64,000 bases of DNA, taken from NCBI GenBank assembly GCA_964016885.1, contig OZ024742.1, positions 59,458,001 through 59,522,000 of the forward strand, written 5' to 3'. This stretch comes from Eledone cirrhosa (Eukaryota). The notes under the pieces were generated by a model. It saw nothing but the letters and a program-made list of their open reading frames with translations, did not search any database and was not told the origin of the DNA. Below are positions 14,115 through 27,390 of the stretch, piece after piece. The stretch's first letter is position 1, and each line of letters starts with the position of its first letter. The translations under genes were made by a program, and so were the position numbers.

Positions 14115-14910
14115 ATAATTGTTTCTACTTTTTGGCACAAGGCCAGCAATTGCCCAGTACATTACTGGTACTTTATTTTATCGACCCCGTAAGGATGAAA
14201 GGCAAAGTTAACCTCGACGTGATTTGAACTTAGAACGTAAAGGGACGTAACTATGCTGGAAAGCATGGCGTCCGACCCTCTACCGATACTGCCAATTCAA
14301 TGACTTAGAACAGGGACACAATTTCAGTGAAGGGGAGATTCGATTACATTTACCCAAGTAGTTCATGGGTACTTTAATTTATTGTTGGTTGGATCTGAAC
14401 TCAAAACCGGTAAATAAATGTCACAAAGCCTTTTGTTCGACGCATAGACCTCATAATAATGATTTCTACTTCAGGAACAAGCCCAGTAATTTGAAGGGGA
14501 GGGGAAAGTCGATTAAATCGACCCCAGTGCATTACTAGTGCTTTATTATATCGACCCCAGACGGATGAAAGGCAAAATTAACCTTGGCGGGATTTGAACT
14601 TAGACCGTAAAGGGCTGTAACTCTATGCTGCGAAGCATGGTGCCCGACCCTCTACCGATACTGCCAATCCACCGCCCTTATAGACCTCATAATAATAATG
14701 GTTTCTTATGTAGACACAAGGCCAGCAATTTGGGGCGGGGGAGGGGAAAGTCGATTAAATCGACCCCAGTACGTGACTGGTACTTCATTTTATCGACCCC
14801 GCAAGCATGAAAGGCAAAGTTAACCTCGGCGGCATTTGAACTCAGACCGTAAAGGGCCATAACTTCATGCTACAAAGCATGGTGTCCGATTCTCTACCGA
14901 TACTGCCAAC
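14115..14910 (-). mobile_element. Tandem array of ~4 main-family SINEs (14117-14296, ~14310-14445 eroded, 14458-14680, 14697-14910)
   Basis: Repeated reverse-complement family core; copies joined by aataataat spacers. Confidence 0.92.
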
Positions 14911-15239
14911 AAGAACAGCAATTACCCCAGGGTGTTACTAATATAATGTCTATAAATATGTATAATGATTGGAATGAGAGATTGAAAAAATGAGAAAATG
15001 AGTGCAAGCCCAAATAATTCCAATAATAAAAGATTCGAGTGATATTATATGAGTGTTAATACTAGCAGAAAAGTTCCAATATCAGTTAAATAGCCCGAAG
15101 ACGTCGACACAAGAAGGTGATACAGTGAAGATGTTATATGAAACATATATAATTTAATGATGGAATAATCTTGACTGGGAGAACAAGATACACACCGACT
15201 GGCCATTTTGTTTTATTAGGTATATATATATATATATAT

Positions 15240-16980
15240 ATAATATATTTATAAGAGGGTGTTAAAGTTTGCTTGAAGCATTGTGAAATGTGTAAAATAT
15301 GTAGTTTAAGAAGCCACAACAATGCAGATGGGAAATCTCAAGGTAAGAAGTGAGTGAGAAATCGGAGAAAAGTGAAAATTGAGAGAAAGGAAAATGAAAA
15401 CAAAACAAAGGTAGAAGGGTTGCCGTAGTGGAGATTTAATCACAATATTTCGGGCTCACGCCCATCAACGGGGGAAAGTTCCAAAAGGGGGGAACAGGCT
15501 AAGCCGGAGAAAGTTGTATTGTCGTTAAAACATAGGAATGCCGTTATGGGGAAAATTCAAACGAGGGAAAGAATGCGCGTGCGCGTGATAGGCTGTGGCA
15601 AAAGCTACTGACCAATTGGGTTAAATCAATAGGGTGCGCTAGCGTGTGAAAGCCGTAAAATATGTGTGTAAATAAATATGTGTGTGTAACTGTGTGTGTA
15701 TATGTGTATGTGTGTTATGTATGTGAGTGTGTGTGTGTGAAAGATAGTGGGCCGTAGAAGCTGGAAATCAAAGAGTGTGAAAGGTGATAGGTTGTATAAA
15801 CATGTGTGCGTGTATAAATATAGATGTGTGTGTGTATGTGTATGGGTATACATATAAGTGCGTGTGTGTGAAAGATAGTAGGCCGTAGGGGCTGTTACTG
15901 GTCACTATGGTTAAATTAGCCATGTCAGCTCATTTCTCTCAGCCCGGTTGTTAAGTGGGGGTCTGAGGTTCTTAATAACAAGTGCTTCCTTTATCCTTAA
16001 GGATCCGATGCTGCGTTCAGTCGCTAGGACTGTGACCAAGGGTCTGCCCTGTGGGTTTCCGCATTTAAGGATGTGTTTACGGAAGGAATATGCGTTGGTG
16101 TTGACATGTTCCTTGATACGAACATGTAGGGGTCGGATGGTGCTACCTATGTAAAACTTGTTACATTTATCGCATTGAATCTTATATACGACATAGGTGC
16201 GTAGGCAGTTGCTGAGGGAACACGTCCCATCTGACTTGTCGGGTTTGTTGGAGAGGCATCTTCGGAGCGAAGGTCCTGTGTGGGCCAAATGTATGTCAAG
16301 TCCCTCCCTCCGTATGGCCCTGCGGATGGCGTTCGTGGTATATTCACTCAGGTGGGGGATTTTAAAGAAGCACCTGCTTTTATCTAAGTTTCTAGTGGGT
16401 GTCTGTCTATTGGGTCTGGGGTCTCTAATTCCGTTAATCAGTCGCTTGGGATATCCATTAGACTTGAGTAGATTACGGAATTGCGTGGTATGGGTAAGAC
16501 CACCCATCGGGTCGCTGCATCTATTAGTGATCCGTGTAAGTTCATTTAGGACATAGCCTCTCTTAGCGTTGTTGGGGAGGGCTGAGTTGTAATGCACAAA
16601 TAAGTCCTTGCACGCTGCCTTGCGGTAGAAGGTGGTGTTTATGTCTCCTTCTTCCGAGATGTTGACACGGAAGTCGAGGAGGGCGAGTGACCCGTCTTCT
16701 CCAGGGTGTTCGATGGTGAAATCAACGTGATGGTCAGTGCCGTTGAAGATTTGGTGAATTTCATTCGCCATCTCCCGGGAAGAAGTGAGTATCAGTATGT
16801 CATCGACGTATCTGGAGTAGAAGGCGACGGCGTTGGGTTGGCAGGTGTTGAGTGCCTTGCGTTCCAGGTGGTCCATGTACGAGATCGCAAGTATGCCGGA
16901 CCGACTAGAGCCCATAGGTAGCCCATAGATCTGTTTGTACGTGTGGCCGAGGAAATTGAAGAATGCATTATCCACAACGA
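15240..16980 (-). mobile_element. Penelope-like retroelement, 5'-truncated, with ~670-bp 3' region
   Basis: Carries ORF 15911-16975; both ends abut (TA)n. Confidence 0.9.
15911..16975 (-). CDS. PLE RT C-terminal half + GIY-YIG endonuclease (partial)
   Basis: [32 protein letters not shown] thumb motif; [29 protein letters not shown]; EAL.I....P.LN end. Confidence 0.92.
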   Translation of the reverse strand: MDNAFFNFLGHTYKQIYGLPMGSSRSGILAISYMDHLERKALNTCQPNAVAFYSRYVDDILILTSSREMANEIHQIFNGTDHHVDFTIEHPGEDGSLALLDFRVNISEEGDINTTFYRKAACKDLFVHYNSALPNNAKRGYVLNELTRITNRCSDPMGGLTHTTQFRNLLKSNGYPKRLINGIRDPRPNRQTPTRNLDKSRCFFKIPHLSEYTTNAIRRAIRREGLDIHLAHTGPSLRRCLSNKPDKSDGTCSLSNCLRTYVVYKIQCDKCNKFYIGSTIRPLHVRIKEHVNTNAYSFRKHILKCGNPQGRPLVTVLATERSIGSLRIKEALVIKNLRPPLNNRAERNELTWLI

Positions 16981-16983
16981 AGG

Positions 16984-17249
<266 letters not shown>

Positions 17250-17250
<1 letters not shown>

Positions 17251-17560
17251 TGTATAAATATTTCGTATCTCCAAAGAAATATGGTTTTAGGAAGCCGTAG
17301 CTATGCAAACACCGAGGGGTTAACGCCCTCTGGTGATGTCCAGCAGAAGCAAGGGGGACAACCGTCTATGCATTTCAGACTTAACTGGCCATCGTCAGGG
17401 CAGTCCCTCCCCAGCAGTTGCAAGCGGTGGGAGGGACCGTCCTGACGATGGCCACACGGTTGTCCCCCTTGTTTCTTGCTGGACATCACCCCCGGTGTTT
17501 GCATAGCTACGGCTTCCTAAAATTCTATTTCTTTGGAGATACGAAATGTTTATACATATT
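17250..17560. repeat. ~310-bp inverted duplication (long hairpin), probably an inverted PLE pseudo-LTR
   Basis: tttcgtatctccaaagaaat..ggaagccgtagctatgcaaacacc..ggtgatgtccagc..ggccatcgtcagg is mirrored at 17430-17555. Confidence 0.85.
17362..17403 (-). ncRNA. Minimal hammerhead ribozyme motif (slightly degenerate)
   Basis: Minus strand: ctgcc CTGACGA tggcc agttaa gtct GAAA TGCA TA gacgg. The mirror arm supplies a perfect stem I (ccgtc CTGACGA tggcc, 17437-17453). Confidence 0.6.
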
Positions 17561-17637
17561 GTATAAAGCTATGCTTGAAGCGAAATCCTATTTCTTTTGT
17601 ATATGTATATATTTTATATATACATATATATAAAATA

Positions 17638-20600
17638 ATGGCAAGGCAGACATATATGAAAAGTGGCTAAACTCTACCCCAATCATCCTCCCCAAAAAAC
17701 TCCAAATAAAACCCATCCCGAATGAACCAGAAAAACCAACAAAAACTTAGGAAAAAGATGGCGTTAGAAAAGTTTAAAATAGAAATAGAACTGTTGCGAT
17801 TAAGAGCCAACTCCAACGAAGAAAAATTCAAGTCAGTCGACCAACAGATGGACACAGAAATCTCAAAGCACTCTGAAGGCCTACTCTACAAAAAAAACCC
17901 TAAAACTTTGGAAAGAAAACTGTGAGGATGAAGAACTAACATCCCTCCAGCGATGGGAAAGAAACGCCACCTGGTTCAACAACTACGAAATGGATTTCAA
18001 AAATGAACAACATACAGGTAACCCATTTTTAAAACAAACTAAAACTCACACACCACATGCACAACAAATAACAAAAAAAGTAACAAAACGTCCAACATAC
18101 CCCCAGCAAAACTATAACGATAATCCCAGAAAACATAGACAAAACTATAACCCTACTAACAAAAACCAAAGTTCCCCGAACACAAGGCAGGACCTGATCC
18201 GCAGATCACAACCCACACAAAACCTATTCCAAAACCGTAGACCCCTGCCCACACAGAGCCTGTTCCAAAACCGTAGATCCCAACCCACACAAAGGAACCA
18301 AATCTACAACCCGGACTATCAACAAACCGAACCTCGATACGTCCGAAACTTCTATACAAGACCACACAACAACAGGGGAAATACCATTAGATATAATAAT
18401 ACCAATGAAAAAACATTCCCGAAAAATCATTTTTTAGACCAAGGCTACAGGACTCACGACACCCGGTGGCACAAACCGATTTTCAAAAACCGAAAATAAT
18501 TAACATTTCAAATACAAACCTCTCAGCCCAACAAGTAAAAACTCTCTCCAAAGGTCTGAAATTCACACCAACACCACAATACCCTAACCCCAACGATATA
18601 AATGACGATATCTCACACTTCTGTAGAAAATTACGTCTCACAGAGGAATTCTTTGACAAGGAGAATAACGACGAATCAATTGTACGGAATAAAAGCAGCT
18701 ACAACCCAACAAAAGGTAGAAACAGAGTTCTGGACAAATTTTGTGACCACATAGCTACCTTCCCATACCATGAACTACCGCAACCTAAACCCAAACCCAA
18801 CACGAGTCGAAGGGAATAGGAGATTATCCATGAACTAAAAAAACAATACGGACATTATAATTAAGGAAGCGGACAAGGGAAGTACTGTTGTCATTATGGA
18901 GGCTGAAAAATATAAACATTCTATGTTCTCTCTCTTACAAAATACTAATTACTATGAAAGAGTAAAAAACTACCAGCAATCAAAAATAATGACCAAATTA
19001 AACACACTGATTTATCGATACCAGGAAGACCTAACTAAAAAGGAACGCGATTATTTAACAAATTTTGAATACAAAACAGCAACCTTTACGGACTTCCGAA
19101 GATCCACAAGTGTAAAATAATCAACGATGCCTGTAAACAATCCACCCCAGCTTGCGTGAACACACAATACCCCACAGACCTTAAATTAAGACCAATTGTA
19201 GCGGGCCCACAATGTGAAACACACAGATTGAGCAACTTTATAGACATACTACTTAAACCAATACTGAAACATACCAAGCTTGTAAGAGACGATCTGGACC
19301 TCTTAAACCACCTCCCCAAACATGTCAACAACGACACTATTATTGTGTCTTTCGATGTAGTGAATCTCTACACAATGATCCCACACCAATACGGACTAGA
19401 AGCAATAGGATTCTGGCTAGAGAAATATCCCAATGAGATACCTGACAGAATAGAAAAAAGCTTCATCACCGAGGGATTAAAATTCATCCTACAGAACAAC
19501 TTTTTTTATTTCGATGGCAATACTTACAAGCAAATATCGGGGACTGCGATGGGTACAAAAGCCGCTCCAACTTATGCCAACTTAGTCATGGCATACTTAG
19601 AAGTCCAGATATATGAACAGTCCAAATCAAAATACGGATTGAACTTCCACAAATATTTATCAGAGAATTGGAAACGCTACTTGGATGATTGCCTCATTCT
19701 TTGGTCCCACACACTCGACCAACTGAAGGATTTCAAAAACTTAATAAACGGCATCAATAACCACATCCAGTTCACAATGGAATACAGCCAAGATCAACTC
19801 TCATTTCTGGACATCTTAATCTTAAAAAAAGACACAAATATCGAAACTGACATACTCTACAAACCAACAGATTCCAAACAATATCTGCTATTCACCTCCA
19901 ACCATCCAAAGCACACGAAGACGAACATTCCTTTTAACCTAGCAAGAAGAATTTGCACAATTGTCTCCAATTATGAAACGCAAAATAAAAGACTTCAAGA
20001 ATTAAAGGAAATTCTACTCGAGAGAGAGTACCCACTATTACTAATAAATAATGGAATAGAAAGGGCTAAAGCAATAGGCATTGATGAATTACAGAAACAA
20101 ACAAATTCAAGGTACGTCCAATATTCTATCATATATCTCAACACACAACCCAAGAAATGCGGAAGCTTACAATATTATTCACAATAACATCCCACTACTA
20201 AAACAAAACCCAAGAATGAAAAAAGCCCTTGAAACACACAAAATAATCAAAAGCAAAAGACAACCAAAATCACTGAAAACATTACTCACCAATGCCAAAT
20301 TACCTACCACAAACCCACAACCAAGTATCAAAAAATGTGGTCGCTCTAATTGTGGAACCTGCACTCACCTCATTGAAGGCAACACGTATACATTTAAATC
20401 AGGACAAAATTTTACTGTAAAAAATCACTTCACTTGCTCATCAAAAAATCTAATTTATGCCATTAAATGTAAAGGATGCAATGAAGATTATATAGGACAA
20501 ACTAAACTCACACTCAAAAACAGAATGACAGTTCATCGCCAACAATTACGAGATCCAACCACGAGACAGATACCACTAAGTGCACATCTAGACATTTGCG

Positions 20601-20731
20601 CAAGTAATAAGACACCCAAATTCCAAGTCTTCCCATTTTACCTTTGCGCTAACAATACAACAGAACAAATGCGAATAAATAAGGAAAATATGTTTATTCA
20701 AAAATATAGACCAACATTAAATAAGGTTTAA
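17638..20731 (+). pseudogene. PLE polyprotein (RT + GIY-YIG) broken by several frameshifts
   Basis: Collinear ORF pieces at 17722, 17990, 18466, 18896, 19156 and 20081 give one RT-EN reading ending RPTLNKV*. Confidence 0.9.
18200..18293 (+). repeat. 36-bp coding tandem repeat (~2.6 copies; RRSQPTQNLFQN)
   Basis: Units start at 18200, 18236 and 18272. Confidence 0.85.
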
Positions 20732-20930
20732 TATACATTATGTCAACACCATAATATGACATACACACACACACATAACACCTTCTACTTTAGAAAATAA
20801 AAACCCGAACTAAATAAACCTTAACATACGTTTGCACTGGACAATACGAATAAGTAAGGAAAATATGTTCATTCAAAAATATTCCTACTAAAGGAATCAC
20901 TTTCCTACACACACACATACACACACACAC

Positions 20931-21003
<73 letters not shown>

Positions 21004-21249
21004 TCTTCATTTTAACATGCTAACCATACCCCTCACACACATAACACCCATACACACACATAACAACCCCCACACCCACAACTCCCTCCCCATTTCTACT
21101 AATAGAACCACTTTCCTACACACATATATACACACACACAAAATATATATTCTCTCCATCTTAACATACTCGCACACACACACATAACACCCATATACAC
21201 ACACACACAACTCCCTCCCCCATTTCTACTAATAGAATCATCTTCCAAT

Positions 21250-21262
21250 ACACACACACACA

Positions 21263-21333
<71 letters not shown>

Positions 21334-21955
21334 GCACACAAATAAACATACATATCTTCACTTCAATAGAAAATCTGAACTCTGACACCCCAGCGAACTA
21401 ACCATATTCACTGAACCAGAACAATCCCTTTTCTCTTGACCACTATCTGTCCATTGTCATAACATTCGCTATAAAGACTACAGAATAGTTTTCCAAATAA
21501 GGGCGCTAAAATGTAATGAAAACTTGTTCACGTGACAGCCAAATTTCATTTATAACCAATCAAATCACGTTTATAAAAAAAAAGCCTTCGTGAGCCACCT
21601 TTTTCTAAAGTAAAGAAATTCAAACACACACACACACACACACGCACTCACACACACACAAGCACACAAATAAACACACATATCTTTACTTTCTTTATTC
21701 AATAGAAAATCTGAATTCTGACACCCCAGCGAACTAACCATATTCACTGAACCAGAACAATTCTCCTACCCCTTTCTCTTGACCATTATCTTTTTATCAA
21801 AAAATTCTCCAAAAAGGCTACAGAATGGATTTCCAAATAAGGGCACAACAATTTAATGAAAATTTGTTCACGTGACAGCCATAATTTCATTTATAACCAA
21901 CCAAAAAAAAGCCTTCGTGAGCCTCCTTTTTTCAAGTAAAAAGAAATTCAAACAC
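21250..21955 (+). repeat. Tandem duplication (~330-370 bp) in the PLE 3' region
   Basis: caagcacacaaataaac..aatagaaaatctgaa..ccccagcgaactaaccatattcactgaaccagaacaa..cacgtgacagcc..gccttcgtgagcc occurs twice. Confidence 0.88.
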
Positions 21956-22183
21956 TCATATATGAAAAAATAACCTGTGACAACCCCCCCCCCCCCCCCC
22001 GCCTCTTATTTGAAGAACTATTGTAACGCGAACTGGCGCGAAATTTATTATAATTATTGACAAACCAATCAAATTACTTCTCTAAAAACCTGGCATTTCG
22101 AGCCACTTTTTCCATATAAAACAAGTAACATTCAGAGACCAACCAGATGTGAGAAAAAACCACAGACCCTCCATCTCAACTCA

Positions 22184-22221
22184 CCTTTTGAAAAGCAGAA
22201 GAACTGCGAAACCGGTAAAGG
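22184..22221 (+). ncRNA. Minimal type-I hammerhead ribozyme, U3-A8 core variant
   Basis: cctt TTGAAAA gcag-aagaa-ctgc GAAA ccgg TA aagg: stem I, stem II, palindromic stem III and UH site are all present. Confidence 0.8.
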
Positions 22222-22299
22222 AACCAAATAAATATATATATTTAAAAAAAAAATAAGCCTCCAGTTGCATTTTCGATTTCATCTCTTTTTCTTTATATG

Positions 22300-22359
<60 letters not shown>

Positions 22360-22365
22360 TATATG

Positions 22366-22476
<111 letters not shown>

Positions 22477-22829
22477 TAAAATAACAGATTAAAGTTTAAG
22501 CAAAGAATCGCTGCTTTCACCCTTAACGGGATCTTCTGAAACTAACAAAGTCAATACATGCTCCTGTGGTGTTACCTCTCTTGTGTTAGTGATGTGGGAT
22601 TGCATTGCCTGGATGTAGTTTGGCAGGCTGTCAACCGACATTCTGCCAGACTTGTCTGTTGGAAAGCATGCTATCTCTCCATTACGCGAGCGCTGCATGA
22701 GCTTACGCAAGCCATTTGCAGATTTTTCTCCCAGTTGCTGGGCCTCCATTCTATTATGCCTCTTGCTATACTGTTCTATAATATTTCTAAGTTCGGATCT
22801 AGCTATACTAAATTGTGCTTCTGTTTGTT

Positions 22830-24200
22830 CATACGGACACCCGAAAACCACGATGAACTGAAGAAAATGATTGCACATGCGGTAGGGGCCAGCATAAAAC
22901 TAACCCTTAAGGAACATATGTTCAAATTTAATGGAAAAACATATGCCCAAGAGGAAGGAGCAGCCATTGGTGTTAGCATTGCAGGCGACATAGCTAACTT
23001 ATTCATGGTATGGTGGGACAGTAGACTTAAACTTAAACTTAAAGAACAATTAGAAGACCCCTTAACCCTGATAATGTACTCCCGCTACGTTGATGATATA
23101 AACATCGTAGTTAAGACACCCCCACTAGAGAACAGTCAGTAACTAGAGAAAAACACAATGGAAAGTATCCAGCAAATAGCTAACTCCATCCACCAGAGTA
23201 TTAGAGTTACTATAGACTACCCAAGTAAACACCCCAACCATCGATTACCTGTACTAGACACAGAGCTCTGGTTAGATACCATTAATTACAAAAAACAAAT
23301 CCTCCATTCCCATTATGCCAAACCCATGACTTCCAAATATCTGATCCACCGAAACTCAGCTGTTTCGGACCATACCAAAATCAACATACTGATTGCGGAT
23401 TTGGTACGGGTGATGAGAAACGTGTCCCGCATGTGCAACCCCGAAGAACTAGAGAGACACATACAACACTTCATCCACCGTATGCAGTTCTCTGGTTACA
23501 ATCAGAGAGATAAAATCAGAGTGTATAGAGGAGCCAGAACCAAATGGGAAAAAATGGTAAATAATGACACAAGGAGCACATTTTGGAATAGAATAGAAAG
23601 AACTAGGAATAAGGCTAATAGAATAAACTCATGGTATGATAGCAATAAATACCAGAGTGTATTGTTCATCGATACAACCCCTAGAGGTGAATTAGCTTAC
23701 ACATTTAGAAGGGCCCTAGATAAACATAAATTCAATATTAAGATAGTAGAAAGACCAGGTACCTCCGTAAAAACACTTATTAGCAAGACATACCCTTTTC
23801 AAAGACCCCCCCCCCCTGTATATATAAGAAATGTATAACCTGTAAATTAAGCCCCCATATTAACTGTAAAACTAGAAATGTAGGATATAGCATAAGATGT
23901 ACTGAAGGACAATGTAGAGACAAAAATATAGTGTACATAGGTGAGACAGCTCGTAGTGTAGGGGAACGGATAAATGAACACTGACGAGACCTTCAAGATA
24001 GTAAAGAATCATCTGTACTCTACCAACATGCTAAAATAGAACATAAGGGTAAATTAGAGAACATAGAAATAAAAATAGAATCTACACACAGAAAAGACGC
24101 AATGTTTAGACAAATCACAGAGGCAATAAACATAAAAGAATTACAACCAAAATTAAATAGAAAACATGAGTGGAACAGCAACATCACAACTTACAATTAA
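22830..24200 (+). pseudogene. Naiad-like PLE RT + GIY-YIG, disrupted
   Basis: Stop/frameshift at ~23140, frameshift in poly-C at ~23810, TGA at 23982. Confidence 0.85.
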
Positions 24201-24399
24201 GGACAAAATGAAAACATACACGCACATAGAACAAACAACCAACCTGTAACATGTAAATAAACAAATAAATAAACGAATATAAACACACACTGACACCCGG
24301 ATGTGGCGCATGCGCAGACTGAGCACACAACACACACACAGAAACAAATGGCGTAGGACAGAACAAAGGAGAGGCACAAAAACAAAGAAAAGATTCCCC

Positions 24400-24445
24400 A
24401 GTCACTGAAGAGGTCACAGAATGTGTGACGAAAGAACGTTGACAA
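24400..24445 (+). ncRNA. Degenerate hammerhead-like motif in the Naiad-like 3' region
   Basis: gtca CTGAAGA g gtcac-agaatgt-gtgac GAAA gaacgt tgac; the cleavage triplet is imperfect. Confidence 0.55.
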
Positions 24446-24637
24446 TATATAAACAACCATCTGGTTGTGGAACCAACCAACCGGAAATTTATAAATTCCT
24501 AAATTTATAAATTTATTATAATAAATTGAACTGGTGCGTGTTTTTCTTATTGGCAACATGACCCTCCCAAAGTATAACAATATCGGTTTCAACACACGTT
24601 TTCAGATAAAGAATCTTGCTAAACAAATTCAGAAACG

Positions 24638-24742
<105 letters not shown>

Positions 24743-25189
24743 ATATAAATGCATTTAGTGTATATATATATATATGAAAGTATGCGTGCAATAGAAATCA
24801 AACGAAAACAAACATATATAGGCACTCCAATCCTATCGTGAAGCGACCTGCTAAAAAAGATAAGTACTGCTCATTCTAGCAATTCAAACCACGAGCTTAT
24901 AATGGTGAGCCTAACGCCCTAACCCCATGACTATACACAATAATCTCCAATAAAATTGACAAACAATTAATGAAACATATTTGAGCTTATTGAAAAATAA
25001 ATATTATTTAGAGTAGCATTTACCAATCCCTTTAGGTTCCATCAGTGCAAAATGAAAACGAAAAACGTTTATCTAGGGACTATGTCATTCTAATAGAAAG
25101 TTAAGTAGCAATATTCGCCAGAAATATATAATAAAGCATGAATATTACCTTTTTATTAACATATTTTATTATTGTATATAACATGTACG

Positions 25190-25335
<146 letters not shown>

Positions 25336-25345
25336 ATATATATAT

Positions 25346-25740
25346 AGGAACGAGTAGGACCCCGACGGCTGAGCTCAAGCCGTTTCGACGGCTAATTCTG
25401 GACTAAATGAAAATTGTTATCCTGGTATTTGAATAGCCGAGCTTCTCAAGGGGTAATTCCATATATGGTAAAAGTGTTTGTCACAAGGATTGGTCAAAAT
25501 TTTGTTGTTGAGACATAATAATTTAATGATGGCAATTTGTGGAGGGAAGGGGTAGCTGAACCTGCCAGTAGGAGAAAGAGGGAGAGGGGTGGAGGAGACC
25601 CATTCATGCGTTGATAGTGCCGACTACAGCTGGGCATGAGGTCAAAGAAGATACTAGGGAGGTGGAGGAAGTCGAAACGATAAGTAGAACAATATGGGTT
25701 AAGTATATAGAAAAAAACAGAGAGTGTTAAAAAGCAATTA
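25346..25740 (-). mobile_element. Probable PLE 3' end/pseudo-LTR remnant; related copy at 52540-52600
   Basis: Minus strand has CCAAT, then ccatatat, then TTGAGAA-long stem II-GAAA; cccgacggc.gagctcaagccgtttcgacggcta.ttctggactaaa is shared with 52553-52599; abuts (TA)n. Confidence 0.5.
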
Positions 25741-25999
25741 AATATAAAGAAAAATAAACAATTTCTGGTTACTACGACCTAAGTCTCTCACGGGTACAGC
25801 TAGGCTAAAGAAAGGTATACTAGGTAGGACGGAATAATAATGGGACCCTTTTAAGAGGTATAAGTAATAAAACGAATATATCTTACGGTGACGGGTCAAC
25901 AAGTGAGAGGCCAAGATACTAAAGAAACTACCATTAAATAAAAAATAAAGGTTACTACCCAGGCACAAGGCCAGCAACCACCCAGTGCAAAAAAGTAAA

Positions 26000-27366
26000 C
26001 TAATACGAAATAATAATTCAGAGTCCCGAAAAAGAATACTACTACTATCTCTAAGGGTGCCGCACTAGAACTTCTGTTAATAAATAATGTAAAACCAAGC
26101 AAAAGTCGTTTTCGATATTCCTATCATATCTTTCTACCAAACCTGGTTCCTCGTGGCAACATTACAACTTCTGAAATATACTTCTCCGCTAAATTGGAAT
26201 TTACATTTTCAACCAAATTGGTGACAACAACACATCTTTCACCAAACCTTCTTCCCCACCTACATGGGTAAAAAACCCCAGAGAATATGGATAACCACAA
26301 TCACCCCAAACATAAATTACTGGTGGTTACTAACCGGTTTCCTCAATTTAGACGAGGACAATTTCAATAGGGAAGGCATCCGGCGACGCGTTCAGTGGAA
26401 CGAGTATCGAAGTTCTGACACAAATAAGGCCAGAAAGTATCGCCCAAATCCCTGAGCGCGTCATGCTGGATGACCGTACCCACCTCAACATTATTGTGGA
26501 GGGTAGGCGTCCCTCCTGTTACCTCTGTGGCAATAGAGGTCACCTGAGGGCTGCCTGTCCCAGCTCACACAGAAAAAAACACTGCTACCAACACCAACAC
26601 CACCCCAACAACAACAACAACAACAAAAACAGCCACAACAACAACAAAAACCAACAACACCACCACCACCACCACCACCACACCAACAACAACAACAAAC
26701 ACGTGAAAAAACAACACAGAATACTGTCCCACCCAACCCCTCCCCACCCAAAACAAATATAAAAACACACACACCGCAAACACTACCAGAAAACATACCC
26801 CTCCCACCCAACAAGGAAGACGAACCCCTTTCGTCGCAAGACGAAAAAGATCCCTTCCAAACAGTAAAAAGAAAGAAGAGGAGGCGCACCACAGACACAC
26901 TTGTTAACCTTAACCCTCCCCAAGAGAACACAAACTACATACAAACTACCCCTCCCCGTCACACAACACTAACTGCTACACAAAAAAAGACTTTACAATA
27001 TACATACATGAACACAGACAACAAAGAACTACTGAAAACAATTTCATCAAACCCTTCGGTCCAAACTGAAGGGCCTAACTTTATAACTGCTGTGGGGCTA
27101 CCTCATTTAAAAATGATTAAAGTCCCAATGAACTTTTATAAAACACTGAAAATAAATTTCACGGAGGACGTGGGCCCCCCTGCGCCAAACCAATCAACCG
27201 CGTCCTCCTAAAAAAATTACCCCCCACCCCCCACTCAACCACAAACGCCCCAACCCCACAATACACTGATGCCCCTTCACTTCCACAAACCACCACCCCA
27301 CCCAACAACCCATCCCCAACCAGCATGGAAATTGAGCGGCCCGCTTACCGGGACGCAGAGAGGTAA
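26000..27366 (+). pseudogene. Tx1 copy A ORF1 (gag-like zinc knuckle), frameshifted
   Basis: PTYMGKKPQRIWI..INYWWLL and NIIVEGRRPSCYLCGNRGHLRAAC are homologous to ORF1 of copies B and C. Confidence 0.75.
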
Positions 27367-27390
27367 GTGCCTTTTCTCCTTACCACCAAC

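Larger units (their letters stand above)
17638..22290 (+). mobile_element. Near full-length Penelope-like element (Neptune-like: Cys cluster before GIY-YIG) with long repetitive 3' region
   Basis: N-terminal IINIS..LS..Q...LSKGLKFTP, ADKG, LRPIV, FDVVNLYT, GTAMG..AP.YANL.M, RYLDD, CGRSNCGTC, LIYAIKCKGC..YIGQT; hammerhead at the 3' end; (TA)n flank. Confidence 0.93.
22490..24635 (+). mobile_element. Penelope-like element (Naiad-like), 5'-truncated and 5'-inverted
   Basis: QEEGAAIGVSIAG.IANLFM, YSRYVDD, NHRLPVLD, Y.KPM, C..KC..C...C, VGYSIRC...YIGET; ORF ends at 24200; (TA)n on both sides. Confidence 0.9.

Noticed and set aside
15440-15475. Hammerhead-like ccgttgat gggc-gtga-gccc gaaa on the minus strand in the PLE 3' region
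   Set aside because: The core has two deviations and no stem I could be formed; at best a decayed motif.
23982-23984. In-frame TGA in the Naiad-like GIY-YIG domain as possible selenocysteine (some Naiads encode selenoproteins)
   Set aside because: The context EH*RD is not a Cys position and fits TGG>TGA decay; the copy has other lesions; no convincing SECIS is visible.
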